From Tubulanus polymorphus (lineage: Eukaryota; Animalia; Nemertea), in the NCBI RefSeq assembly GCF_964204645.1, contig NC_134034.1, forward strand, positions 7,762,962 to 7,826,961: 64,000 nucleotides of DNA, in the 5' to 3' direction. The notes beneath the pieces are model-generated. The model worked only from the letters and a program-made list of their open reading frames with translations, had not been told where the DNA came from and ran no database searches. Within the stretch, counting starts at the first letter, position 1. Each line of letters starts with the position of its first letter. This document shows, piece after piece, positions 1 through 12,636 of the stretch. Position numbers and translations under genes: made by a program.

Positions 1-1075
1 AGCCAGCTATTGCTGCTGCCAAAAACAAGATAGTGTCTGAGCCTGATCCAATCATCAAATTGAAAAGGGACATAGCTGATGATGGGATCTTTAAATCTTT
101 AGAACTTCAGTTAAACGAAACGACTGAAAAAAGTCTTGTGAATCTGTACTCAAAATACAAACTGTCGGTGATTGACAATATTGATGCCAGGTTTGAAGGA
201 TGTCTTGGCGTATTAGATGCATTTGGCATATTTGATCCAACACTTATTCCTGATGAGCATACAGTTGAATTTAGTTCCTATGGGAAAGCAGAGTTACCTG
301 AAATTGCTAATCATTTCTTCCCTGGTAATAATGACAAAAGTAGAAAATTACACTTGGAGTATGATGGCTTCAAATACCAACTTTTGAAACAAAAGAAAAT
401 TGAGGCTCGTATCAAAGAAGAAAAACAGAGAAAAAGTTCATGTGAGAAAAGTGCAAAAAAATCAAAAAAGCCAAAACATAGTGATATGGAAATTGAAATT
501 GAAACCCCCTGGAGAGATTATGTGATAAAGTGTTTTCTTATGTCACCTACAGTAATTTCTACCCTATTATAGCCCAGTTATTAGAAATAGTGCATTCTGC
601 ACCTATTTCAAATGCGTGGCCTCAAAGGGGTGCTAGTGCCGTTAAACGCATAAAAACCAAAGCAAGAAACAGGATGTCTAATAAAGTTCTCAATGCACTG
701 ATGCAGGTTTCGATCAATGGCCCTAAATCTGATCAAGCAAGTTCAATAATCAACAAAGCTGTTGATCATTGGCTCTCAAGTAAAACTAGGCGAAAGTTAC
801 CAAAACAGCAGAATCAAACTGTGACCATGGATTCCACTGCATCAGTTGCATCTTCAGTCTGCTCAGTATCTGTTCAGACTGAAGATATTGATTCATTAGA
901 CATCACTGATGATGAGACTGATGATGAGGCTGATGATTTCGTGGAAGAAGCGATTTCTATAGCTAGCACTTCACCAATAGAAATGTCTGCTTCCACCAGT
1001 GAGGAGCTAATGAAATTATTTGGTCTTGGCACTGATAGTGATGATAATGATGAAGATGAATTTGATGGTTTTTGA
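1..1075 (+). pseudogene. hAT-family (ZNF862-like) transposase C-terminal half, frameshifted near 530-570
   Basis: ORFs 33-572 and 530-1075 contain the hAT dimerization-type segment LLEIVHSAPISNAWPQRGASAVKRIKTKARNRMSNKVLNALMQVSING, then an acidic tail. A GC-rich subterminal-like block follows at ~1355-1530. Confidence 0.8.
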
Positions 1076-2367
1076 ATGAAAGAATTTTTGAAAGAAAGAA
1101 TTTTCTGAATAAAGAAACAACATTTGTATGACAATAATATGATTATTTATTTATTTATTATCGAAAAAAAGTTGAGTTTCATATGAGATAATCTTATAAA
1201 ACTGAGTTTGTTAAAATTATCTCATCTGACTTACCTTTTGCTGAAATAGACAGGTGATCATGCATGACCAGAAATTTAGTGTATCTCTTAATTCTGTCAT
1301 CTTGATGAAGAATGTTTGGATTTCTGAGAATGGTTTTCTGAGAATATTTTTGTGCTAAATGCTCTCAGAATGCATCAAATTGGCTCTTAATTTTCAAAAT
1401 TTTCCTGGGGGGTACCCCCAGACCCCCCCCCCATGTAGAGGGAGTACATCCCCCTCGAGCTCCCCCTGCTCGCCGCTTCGGGGCTCGAATCGCGCGACTA
1501 GGGTGACCCTACAACATAAAACTCTGGGAAGAAAAGGAAGACAGTGAAATATGGGTTCAAAGGTTCAGCTATTATCTGGCTCCTGACCTGGTGCCAATAA
1601 TTTGGTCATGAATATATCTCATCAAGGGCTGATGTCTGGTAAAATGAATCATCAGTTCAGTTAATCCCTATCACAACATTGGACTTGGCCTTGGGATAAA
1701 AGTAACAAAGAGGACCGTAGTAGCATAACCTGTCATAACTCACTTAACCTACCCACTTTATGATGCAACAGTGAAAACACAGAGTTGGGAGAGAACCACC
1801 CCAGTAAGAACATGGCCTGCCAATAACCCCGAAAATATATATTTCACGCATATGCAATACACGTTGCATGTAAATATGAAGGCAGCTTGACCTATAGGAT
1901 AGGAACAATATATTCTAAGTATCCAATATGACCAGCAGCAATCTTGCATGTGAACACAATTGAAATTGATGAATCTCTTTGTACACCATTTTTGTAAAAG
2001 AAAATGATGATTTTCAATTTTGCACCATGTAGGATGAAAAAGCACCAGTCAGGCATCTTGAATGCAACTATGCCCAAAATATTACTCATTTCAAATGAAA
2101 TTAAAGGCTGTACCTCAGAATCTGTGTCTAGGGTAGATACATGGATAAATAATATCCAGCAAAGTGTCTGAAAATTTCTGAAAATAACTGGATTCCTTCT
2201 ACAGATAGGCAGAAGAAAAGTGAAAGCAACACCAGCTGCGAAGTCCCGACTGGATTAGAAAATTATGGAAAGTAAAAATTAGAGATCACTCGACCAATAA
2301 TGTTTGTCTGATGATGTGGTAATGCCATTCTCATTCGACAATATCTAGAAATGGAAAAAGCAAATAC

Positions 2368-2443
2368 CTAGATTCAGTGTCCAAAGAGGAGTATCTGATT
2401 CACCTCCATAGTTGAAGCCCCCTCCAAATATGCAAAGGTTATC
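2368..2443 (-). CDS. Kelch-repeat protein, coding exon 3 (DNLCIFGGGFNYGGESDTPLWTLNL)
   Basis: Minus-strand ttttgtAG acceptor and GTattt donor; 76 nt; phase-0 start matches the end of exon 2; kelch hydrophobic-GG...W motif. Confidence 0.85.
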
Positions 2444-3204
2444 CTACAAAAGTAAATATATTTAGATATGTTTTATTCAGAATTGATAACCATGATTTAT
2501 TCATCTCATTACAAAATAAAGGACCAATGGTCCAGTTGCCGGTCAAACTAATTACATTGTACTTAGTCTGGTTAGGTGTTATGAAATGGGTTTTTTACAT
2601 AGTATAGTAGTTACGTTCTTCTCCTCATCTGGATTATTAAAGAGACATTCAACACAGGATCACTTCCATTAGAAAGCTCAGCTTGCTATAGGCCTATAGT
2701 CACTACAACATTCGCACAGCATGAATGGATCGACCAGGACAAAAGTACAACCTTTCAGCTGATGATGGAATCGACAAAAAGGCAGTTTTCATCTATTCGT
2801 TTCATAGGGCTAACTATTAAATAAATAAAATTTCTCAAATCTAATTTCTTCGTTAAATCAAATCTTAGGCTAAAAAAATGAAACCTGCTTTCCCCACAGC
2901 GGCCGGGTCGGAAAAAATCATGCTGAAAATTTGTAACCAAAAAGAAACTTTCCATGATGGGTTTCGGTATTGACTTAGAACTTAAAAAGTGAATAACCGT
3001 GTTGATGCGGTGCATGTTGAATCCATACTGTCAAGGTAAAACGTCAGTATGTATACTTACCATGACCACTGGATACAATCCGCTCCTGGCACAATCGCCA
3101 AGAACCCATGGCATAGGCCAATGACCTTGCAGAACATGGGGTACAAGCTTCACATCCATGATTCAATACGAGTATTTTGAAGCTGTTCGCAGACTGAATC
3201 TTAA

Positions 3205-3613
3205 AGAGCAAGTGCCATCAAAACAGAATATTGTGTAAAATCCATTTTCAAATGTGTTGTGTTCACAAATATCAAATAAGGAACTGGTTTGATTTTAGTT
3301 GAGCCATTACTGAGAAATACGATTTTTAAGTTGGCAATTTCAGCATGTGTTCTCAGTTATTGTTTATGTTAGCAGGTGCGTGTTTCTGACGTTATCTCTG
3401 ACAAACGCTCGCAACTTCCAGTCATTTCACTAGACATTTCATGCAGTTTTTTATTGTTAGGGGAGTGATTTGAATTAATAAACTCTTACCATTGTATATA
3501 CCATAATTCCAGTTACTTTTTTCGATAAGTCAGATCTCAGGTTGTTATATATATACTTAAGTTTCTTCTGGTTAAGAAATCACGGAAAGTTCAATTTTGA
3601 TGGCATTTGCCCT
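3205..3613. mobile_element. Kolobok-like MITE
   Basis: TTAA on both sides (3201-3204, 3614-3617); TIR AGAGCAAGTGCCATCAAAA / TTTTGATGGCATTTGCCCT. Confidence 0.7.
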
Positions 3614-4036
3614 TTAAGACAAACTGCTAGCTGTACCCTGAGGGTCTATACCTAGTCTAACGATTGACCAAGTGGAACAGGAAAACAAAATTCACCAGCA
3701 GCAGAATGACAGTTAAATAATATTAACCTATTAGCACTCACTGTGTAGTGTCAATTACTCCTCAGAAAAATCAAGGAAACAAACTAATTTTGAGTTCTCT
3801 TTCTATGATTGAAAATACTGGATTTCCTGTTGGTTTTAATGTATCACAAGTTTGGTTTATTTTGTAGTAAACAAACAGGGCTTTCAAATGACTTGATGAG
3901 GTAGGCCAACAAAATCGTGACCTTTTGACCTCCCCGAAATTCATACTGACCTGCTGAAAGGGTATGTCCAGAATATGGAATGTGACAAGCATATCTATTT
4001 TCAACATTTATGTAGGAAGTTACAGTTATTTGGTCT

Positions 4037-5105
4037 CATACACTAGAGTTTGATATAAAGCCAAATTTGACCAAATGGGCAACAAAAGAGTGACCATTTG
4101 ACCCCTCGATGAGATTTGTTCATATCACCAAATTCCATGATATTTGCTATTTCTATGATATGTAGAGACAACAGGAGAATAAAGTTTAGATATCAATGAA
4201 TAAAACGGCTGCACAGAATATGTGTTTACATAAAAAATGTATTTGAATGAAGAGAACCGAGAAGGGCCAAAATTTTTTGACCTTTTTACCTTTTGAACAA
4301 TAAAAGTTGACAAATTTACATAGTAAACCAAAATTCTCTGTTTCACAGGCAGATGTGTTTGGAAATAACACTAAAAACTATTTGAATACACCACTCTGAA
4401 CCTAACATCACTATTTACATGTAAACTAATCTTCAAATCTCATACACACTAGAGTCTCATACACACTAGAGTTTGATATAAAGCCAAATTTGACCAAGTG
4501 GGCTACAGGAAAGAGACCATTTGACCGCTCGATGAGATTGGTTCATATCGCCGAATTCCATGATATTTGCTATTTCTATGATATGTAGAGACAACAGGAG
4601 AATAAAGTTTAGATATCAATGAATGATAAATTGCCCATGGGCAAAGTGTAGTTTACCTTGAAAGCTAGAGGTTGTTTTGAGTAAGGGAATTGCTTGAAAA
4701 TATTTTGAATTCGTGACTTCAAAGTTCTAGAAGTTTATATTGTATTTTATCTTTCTTAAAGAATTATTTTGTAGTGAAATAAGACCAAAGATAAACATTT
4801 GTTTATGGTTTACGTCCAAAATTTCGAAGAGTACAGATAGGTGCGGCAGGGAAACTATTTTATATTTTCAAATACATAGCCCATGGGCAAAGTGTGGTTT
4901 ACCTTGAAAGCTAGAGGTTCTTTGGAGAAAGGGCATCGCTTGAAAAATCTTTTTAATTCGTGACTTCAAAGCTCTAGAAGTTTATATTGTATTTTATCTT
5001 TCTTAAAGAATTATTTTGCAGTCAAATAAGACCAAAGATAAACATTTGTTTATGGTCTACGTCCAAAATTTCGTAGGGTACAGGTAGGCACGGCATTGGA
5101 AACTT
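4037..5105. repeat. Two local direct duplications (~160 bp at 4037/4463; ~225 bp at 4633/4879)
   Basis: Near-identical direct repeats visible in the sequence. Confidence 0.75.
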
Positions 5106-5970
5106 TCAAAGAAATATTTTTCACAATATGAAAAAATATTCAAATCAAATTCATATGATGTCACATATCAGAGGGTGGCTGAGTATTGAGTCTTGCAAAC
5201 GAAACCTTTCCAATGTATGGCCGCGGAAGCTAAAACCGGGGCGTAGTATTAGATCGTTTTAACTGGAATTTGGAATTGGATCTGGAATTAACCACTACAA
5301 TATTCAGACATTGACCTATACCTATAGTTTGCTGCTTAGTATTTTCAGGTCACAAACAGGAAACAAACAGAAAACACAGCGCTTTTCTGCTACGACGGTT
5401 ATTCAGCATGTTATCATACCAAACGTGCACGTGCCAAGCAGCGTTACAGCATCACCATATAGTAGTCTGTATGAGCGTGTGTTTGTGTGTGCAACAGTAG
5501 CACTCCCGCGCACATGGAGACCTTGTATAGTGAACGTTCGCTTCACTTCAATCTCAATCAACACATTCACCGGGTATTAAAATGAAACAATACCTATGGC
5601 GATATGTGAAATAATTATATTCTCACCAGCAATGAGCATTTAAAATTCGCACATATAAGCACCTAGTCCAATGAAACGTTCGCCATTAATGGCTTTCCCA
5701 TAATTAATTTAGTAGCACCGGAATTCCGTATCTCCCAAAAACAGCCAATCACATTCGCTCGTAGAGACAACGCCCCCCAATCAAGGTCATTGTAATTTTA
5801 TACGCGAGAGCTAAGAATTTTCCCGCCAAAAACTGTTTTTCGTAGAATTTTAACAATGTTGACCATGTCATCGACGGAGGTTCGTCATGTCTTCAATCGC
5901 ATCGATTATACGTCGTTTAAGCCGAGAACCATTGAAACAAATGCTCACATAAAAAACGATCTAAATATTA

Positions 5971-6258
5971 CCCTTTCAGTGCGTCTACACCGCAGTGCGG
6001 TGTATGAATCGGTGATGGATTTTGCTAGTACAACGCACCGCGGTGTATTGATGTAATTAGCAATTAGTTTTTATCTCTATTCAAAGATGGCAGCACTTGT
6101 CAAACATGGTGAAATATTAGTAACTAACGATATACTACGCCACGGTGCATACACACTATAGTGGTATTCCCGTTATTCAACACACTAAGGTGGAATTTTT
6201 CAAAATTTTCATATTATCTCCTGCACTATAGGGTATTGTTTACTCAGCACTGAAAGGG
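5971..6258. mobile_element. piggyBac-like MITE (copy 1)
   Basis: CCCTTTCAGTGC...GCACTGAAAGGG TIRs; reverse-oriented homolog of 9925-10212; flanking TTAA degenerate. Confidence 0.75.
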
Positions 6259-6559
6259 TTGAAAAGGGCATATTTTGTGCACAGGCTCGGGGTGTAATGT
6301 TTAAAAGGACACTTACACTATTTCAAAAAGGGCCATTTCCACCTGATTTATGTTGAAAAGGGCATTTTTACCGGTCAATTTGAATGAAAGGACATAGTAA
6401 TGGGCCCTATATAATTTAGCACTTGTTCAATTTTGAATATTTTGTTTTTCTTATCCAATTTTAGTAACCAAAAGAAAGATCACGATAGTAACAAGCTTAG
6501 AATTATACAGCAGCCATGTAAGGTTTGTTTTGATTATTGTATACTCATAACTGTACAAC

Positions 6560-6800
6560 TGTTCGCCTAGCTTGCTGTAAGCAGGAGTACTTCGATCAAT
6601 ATGAATGGCTTACCTACAATGAAGAGCAAGACTATGTCCTTTGTATTAATCGAAGTTCAGTTTTCTCCTCCGATAAATTAGTGCAGATCAAGAGATTTGA
6701 CCCTGCTTTCGTTACAAGAGGTTACAACAACTGGAAAGAGGTATCTGGATTTATGACAAAACACAATTTGACAAAGGATTGACTCGCACAGAGAGGCATA
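6560..6800 (+). pseudogene. TTF-type zinc-finger remnant of a hAT transposase
   Basis: YFDQYEWLTYNEEQDYVLC...AFVTRGYNNWK...H pattern typical of ZnF_TTF in ZMYM1/ZNF862-like hATs. Confidence 0.6.
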
Positions 6801-6954
6801 CAAAATTTTCATTGGAAGGCAGAAACAAAAGAACTAGTACGATAACCACACTCAAACGTGGTGAACAGATGATCAGATATAAAACCCACTATTTACAAAT
6901 TAAAAGAAATCTAAAATCGAGAATTTATTTGTTGAAACAATCTAAAATGTAAAA

Positions 6955-6996
6955 ACACGACGTTTCGATCTCACCCTAGAGATCATCGTCAGGCGC
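6955..6996 (-). ncRNA. Minimal type I hammerhead ribozyme (Penelope pLTR remnant)
   Basis: Minus strand: GCGC-CTGACGA-T-GATCTC(tagggt)GAGATC-GAAA-CG-TC-GTGT, with AATAAA downstream. Confidence 0.75.
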
Positions 6997-7033
6997 TCAT
7001 CTTCTGCTATAAAAGTTTAAATGATTATTCAAA

Positions 7034-7361
7034 AGGCCATCCCAAAATAATGGTCTGTTTGCCGTAACCCGACCAGCCCGACTTCAAAGGTGCCAAGTGA
7101 AAACTTTTTTCTGGGATTCATTGAAATAAATTTTATTTTTTATAAAAACGGCCGACCCACTGCCGATGTATGAGCTACGGATGTTTGAAGTGTAAAAACA
7201 TGCCTTGACGTGTGGCCTAGTTTAAGTTTTTCAGGAAACTGGTAGTGTTCCAATAAGCTGCCACTCATTGTTAGTGACAACATTTAAGCTGGTAACGTAA
7301 AAGCGAACATACATTCAATGAACTATTTCATTTTAAACACTATTTTATTTTGGGATGGCCT
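7034..7361. mobile_element. MITE with AGGCCATCCCAAAATAA TIRs (PIF/Harbinger-like); related pieces at 26112-26340 and 43880-44268
   Basis: Inverted termini, and internal sequence shared between copies. Confidence 0.6.
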
Positions 7362-9924
7362 AAAGCGTATTTTCATGTCAAACGTGCTCACGCCAGCAAG
7401 CAGCGTTACAGTATGACTAGTAGTGTATACTGTACAAGTGTGTGTGTAACAGTCTAGCACTCCGCACGCACGTGGAGGCCTTATCTGTAGGTGAATGTTA
7501 TCTTACACCAATGACAATCAAAACAATCCCCGGGGATTAAAATGAAACAATACCTAAGGCGGATAGGTTAAATAATTATATTCTCACCAGCAATGAGCAT
7601 TTGGAATTCGCACGCTGGTTTACGACACCTAGTCCAATTAAACGTTCGCCATTTTTAGCTTTCCATGGTTACTCTAGTAGCGCAGATATTCTGCATTGCA
7701 GTGAATACAGTAAGCATCCGATTGCTTTCCATAAAATGACTTCACAGGTTCACTTAGACTCGTTGATAACGTCCGAAGATGAAGCTTGTTACTCTCTCCA
7801 ATAAAACAGGTACACGTCAGTAACGAGCAGGACTCATCCATATGTGTGAATCTGAATTCTTTTCTAACAACACAATGTTGAGAACTTTTATGATCCGCCA
7901 ATACGAAAGCATTATTCGAAACAATCCAGAATTTCTCACTTCTTCGCAAATCCTGCATATAATTGTATTCCAGGTTTATTTCGATACTGAGGAAAGACGA
8001 TGAACAAACATCTCTGAAAATTAAAAAAAAGCTTTTAACTACAGTAGTCCAAACATTTAAAAAAAGCTTATGGTTGTAGGCCTATACGAAATGTAGTATT
8101 GTTTCATGTCGCAGAATTGTAAGGTACATTTTTGTAGCCTGCATTAATGTTAATTATCTCTTTCATTGTTATTGGTACAAATTTCGTATATCATCTTTTG
8201 AATATTTTGAATCATCATCCACAACCATGTAAGATTGTATGATGAATAAAAATTGATTGAATTTTAATTAGCCCACGACCCAGGCTGCACGACCGAGTGC
8301 TCGGATGATAATTCAGACCTAGTACTCGTTTATTATTCACACAATACATGACCCAATAATATAAATAGAACTGAATCATGGGAGTTACTTCAGTTCATAG
8401 TTCAGAGTGAGGGTGTCACGAGCTTACATCGTAGCGGATTTCGAATTCGATCAAACTTATCAAGTAAGTGACGATAATTAGGATTAGGAAAACTTACGAT
8501 GTATTGTAGTACTAGTAGGCCTGTTGTTAATGTTATTAATAGTTGGTTACTTACTGCGACGTGGTCTGGAGATTTTCCTCCGTTCGCGGAGTAGATGAGT
8601 TTTTTAATCCCGGCGTTCTTGTATTATTTGATTCTGAAGCACATGATGAAGTTTTCTGCCGTTTTGACGGTGTTTACAGTTGACAAGATCGTACTTTTTC
8701 GTTTTTTACGTTTCTTACAAGGAACTAAATTAGCGTTGCGTGCTTGGCGAGGCATTCTCAATCAATGAGCTTGAAGCGAGCGCGACAGTGGCGGCGCGAA
8801 AGGAATACGGACCGGGCCAAATTCAATTTTATTTTATTTTGTGAACTGATCGGGCGGCACCCACAGACATTTTCGAACCAATTGTTTGCTCGACTGACAG
8901 GGTCAGAACGAACGAACTACTGATATCTTGGCCGAGTGTGACTGCAGAATTTAATAAGTCACTCGGCCGAGTAGATTGGCGAATTCAATCGTTTACTCGG
9001 CTGAGTAAAGAACTTAACTTTTACTGAGCTCGGCCGAGTGGATCGTCGAATTCGAACAATCACTCGGCCGAGTAAACAAATTTCTGACATAATGCTCGGC
9101 CGAGCAAATGCCTGAGTAACTTGTCAATTGGGACCGTATTATATAGCTCCTCCTCGTGGATAATCATACTATGAAATAGCATAGTCCTGCTATAGTTCTT
9201 CTTCAATAGCCTTTTAAAGTTTTCAAGCAAATTACCTCTACTGACCATGACCATGACCTCTGACCCAAAAACAAAAAAGGGCACATCCTCGCCATAGGGG
9301 TAATCATACTATGGAATATCATTGTCTTGCTATCAATGGTTCTTCTTGAATCGCATTCACAAGTTTGCACATAAACGACCTCTAGTGACCTTGCCTTTGA
9401 CCTAAGGACTAGGGCACATCCTCTTCCCAGGGGTGATCAAACAATGAAATAGCATTGTGCTGATATCAAAGGCTCTTCTCAAATCACATTTACACACAAG
9501 AAACCTTTACTGAACCCAAAACCAAAAGGCCTAATCCTTGCTCATTTTAATGGTGAAAGATCATTGATTTTCAATGTGGATAGAAGACAGCCTTTTCATA
9601 TACTCCTTCGGCAGAGATGGCATTGCTACACTCTGCCATTGCATAAACCCTGCTACACTAGACTGGGTATGCAGGTACATGATAAATTTGGAAAGTGTTG
9701 GTTCAGGTCAAGGAGTCGAGCTATCTCTCCCTCTCAACCTTTGACCTGAACCAACACTTTCCCAATTACTTCTAATAATTTCATATAAATGAACATTATT
9801 TACATGAATTTCATTTATTTCAAAATAAATTATATATTTATTATAAAAGTGTGAGTAAAGTGTGAGAAATAATTATTTTAACAGATTTCGAATAAAAATA
9901 TAAGTAAAATAATTGGATAATTAA

Positions 9925-10212
9925 CCCTTTCAGTGCTGACTAATTAATACCCTATAGTGCTGGAGAAAATTTGAAAATTCTAAAAAATTCCACCCTAGTG
10001 TGTTGAACAATGGGAATACCACTATAGTGCGTATACACCGCAGTGCGGTGTATCGTTAGTTACTAGTATTTCACTATGTTTGACACTTTCTGCCATTTTT
10101 CAATAGAGATAATTACAAATAACTAATTACATCAATACACCGCAGTGCGGTGTACTAGCAAAATCCATCACTGATTTATACACCACACTGCGGTGTAGAC
10201 GCACTGAAAGGG
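9925..10212. mobile_element. piggyBac-like MITE (copy 2) inserted in the left arm of the foldback element
   Basis: Perfect TTAA TSD and CCC...GGG termini; the opposite arm shows the empty single TTAA site near 12904. Confidence 0.85.
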
Positions 10213-10879
10213 TTAAAAGAATATAAAAGTGTGAGTAAAGTGTGAGTGAAATAACTCATATTTAAGAAAATTTACGAGTAATTAACGAGTTGATTAAAAT
10301 TAGATTTTTTGAACATAAAATTGTGAGTAAAGTGTGAGTGAAATAGTTTATATTTTAGATATTTCAATATTCATATTTGCATGAGTAAGATTTTTAAATG
10401 TTAAAAGTGTGAGTAAAGTGTGAGGGAAATAATTCATATTTTTACATTGAATATTTATATTTGAATGAGTTAGATTTATTTTAATAAAAGTTTTGTTATA
10501 AAAATGAAGAAAGAAGAAGAAGAACCTAAATTCAAAATCGAAATCAATGAAACCAATAAATTATTTTCACAGTTTAACATTAAAAATTATGTTTCAGCAA
10601 CAAATTTAGTGTATGCAAGACAATGTAAAATTGTCTAGTACATACATATATAAATTAGTTTTATAATAATTATAAATATAAATTATTAATCTAAGTATAG
10701 AAATTTAAGAGAAAACATATAATTTATTCATTTTTATATATTTCAATTAATACGTATTAATACATATTTAATACCATTAATACCTAAACCCCCTTTATAA
10801 CATAAATATAATTTACACAATATTTCATACATTTCAGCACATATATTTTATATTTTCACCTAATTTAACAGTCTAATTC

Positions 10880-11185
10880 TCAATTTGAATTATATAATTT
10901 ATCATTTAATTCATGAATATATCTGTGAGTTTTTAAACTTTTATCATTTTTATACGTTTTATTACATATTTCACAGCAATTAATATTATTAATTCTATCT
11001 GAAATATAATTGATATTATCTTTTAATTCAGCGTATCTAATTTTGCAATTATCATAAAATTCATATAACTCTTTCAAACTATAAACTGAAAATGAAGCTA
11101 ATCCTGAAATCATAATAATTGATTTAATATTCTGTTGATTTCTGTAAATAAGGTGTAATATTTCTAATACCTTACTTTCACTCAT
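10880..11185 (-). CDS. Small protein with hydrophobic segment and C2H2 zinc finger (foldback element ORF-C)
   Basis: Intact 101-aa ORF with CEICNKTYKNDKSLKTHRYIH (CxxC-x12-H-x3-H) and AAAAATG start context. Confidence 0.65.
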   Translation of the reverse strand: MSESKVLEILHLIYRNQQNIKSIIMISGLASFSVYSLKELYEFYDNCKIRYAELKDNINYISDRINNINCCEICNKTYKNDKSLKTHRYIHELNDKLYNSN

Positions 11186-11249
11186 TTTTATAGTTAAAAT
11201 ATATAAAATAGATTAAATTAAAAGATGCTGTCTTAATCCTCTAAATCAT

Positions 11250-11455
11250 TTTCTAAATTTACTTTTTTTGTTTTTATTCTTATTATCTTTATGATTTCCA
11301 TTTAACTTCTTCAATTTCTTATTCAATTTCATATTTTCATTCATCAAATCCTAACTGATATTTTCATAGTAAAAGTACAATGCGGCCAATATTAAACCTT
11401 CAGCAACTAGAAAATGTTTCAAATCACTACTTCCGGTTGGAATGAAACTATCCAT
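11250..11455 (-). pseudogene. Small single-TM protein ORF-B (MDSFIPTGSSDLKHFLVAEGLILAALYFYYENIS*)
   Basis: Homologous at protein level to the + strand ORF at 63247 (MDGFIPTGKSDIKHYLLAGGLILAALYFYYESISK). Confidence 0.6.
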
Positions 11456-11669
11456 TCATTTAAGAAAAAAAATTAAAAAATATTTAATATTTTATAATCA
11501 TTTTTGGAAATATTAAACTTTAAAATGATTAAATCAAATAACAATTAAACTTACTGTCTAACAGTTAATCATTAACTAATTTACAAATATTAAACTATTA
11601 TATATTTGAAACATACAGCTTAATCTTATTTCAATATATAATATTATTCTTTCCATAATTGATATGTTT

Positions 11670-12083
11670 AACCCTTTAACTGGCAATCGGTCGCTAGCGA
11701 CCGATTTGAATAGACCAGCTATAGTGAATAGAATAGTCAAGTATTGATTTCAGTGAAGCATTCTACTTCATTTTCCTATCAGCAGATGGCGACACCAGAC
11801 GGCCTACAATGTCTTACAAGGTTGGAAAGTGATATATCTTACATTTGGCATGTAGAAGGGGGTATGGAAACCACGTGTCATGTGGGTCAGATATCCAAAA
11901 TTGAGAATATCATTAGTAGTAATGGCCAATGCACTAAATACGTTCTCTAATGAGTTTGGCTGATATTTTGGACATAGTAATGAAAGATTCTGATGATAAT
12001 TCATATTGGGATGAATCTCATGACAGTTTTTTATTATGGGTGGCCCAAAAATCTGGATGACCTTGGGATCTGTGACCTTGATA
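11670..12083. mobile_element. Truncated piggyBac-like insertion within the foldback element
   Basis: Begins TTAA-CCCTTTAACTGG; higher GC than its flanks; interrupts ORF-A. Confidence 0.45.
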
Positions 12084-12636
12084 TTTACCACCACAATAAC
12101 AATGCACTTTCTCATTAGGATTGAAGTTTTTTAAATTCATCATCGAAATTACATCGAATTCCAATATCCTTATAAAAATTGTTATTAACTGATTCACATT
12201 GAATTCAAATATTTGATGAAGTTTCATTATAGATAATTTGTTTATTATCAAAATTGAAATAATATAATTGTCGTTTTTCAATGCTTAAGTTAATCAAATC
12301 ATTGTAACCTTTAGACAGTATTAAATCGCCATCTCTTTCATTAAAAGGAGTTTCAAGAATATCTATTATGTTTTTATCTAAATTACCTTTACAATTTAAA
12401 ACTGCATTAAATATTTTAGGATTTTTGATCCCATTATCAAAAGAATCTACTAGTTCATTAATTAAATATGTTTCATTTGATAATATAAGATTAATGACAG
12501 TTATATTATCAATTTTATATTGTCTTGCATACACTAAATTTGTAGCTGTAATAAGATTTTAAATGTTAAACTGTGAAAATGATTTATTGGTTTCATTAAT
12601 TTCGATTTTGAATTTAGGTGCTTCTTCTTTCTTCAT
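12084..12636 (-). pseudogene. Foldback element ORF-A, unknown protein ending in a CxCGGKY zinc finger
   Basis: Disrupted frame; homologous to 61403-61925 (+), 63360-63608 (-) and 10504-10632 (+). Cut at CYCGGKY by an insertion. Confidence 0.6.

Noticed and set aside
1744-1830. Possible exon 4 of the kelch gene
   Set aside because: Acceptor reads CGG rather than AG and no frame resembles kelch; the next exon probably lies beyond the window start.
3061-3196. Possible additional kelch exon (minus-strand GTAAG donor at 3060)
   Set aside because: No kelch-like translation, and exons 2 and 3 already join in frame without it.
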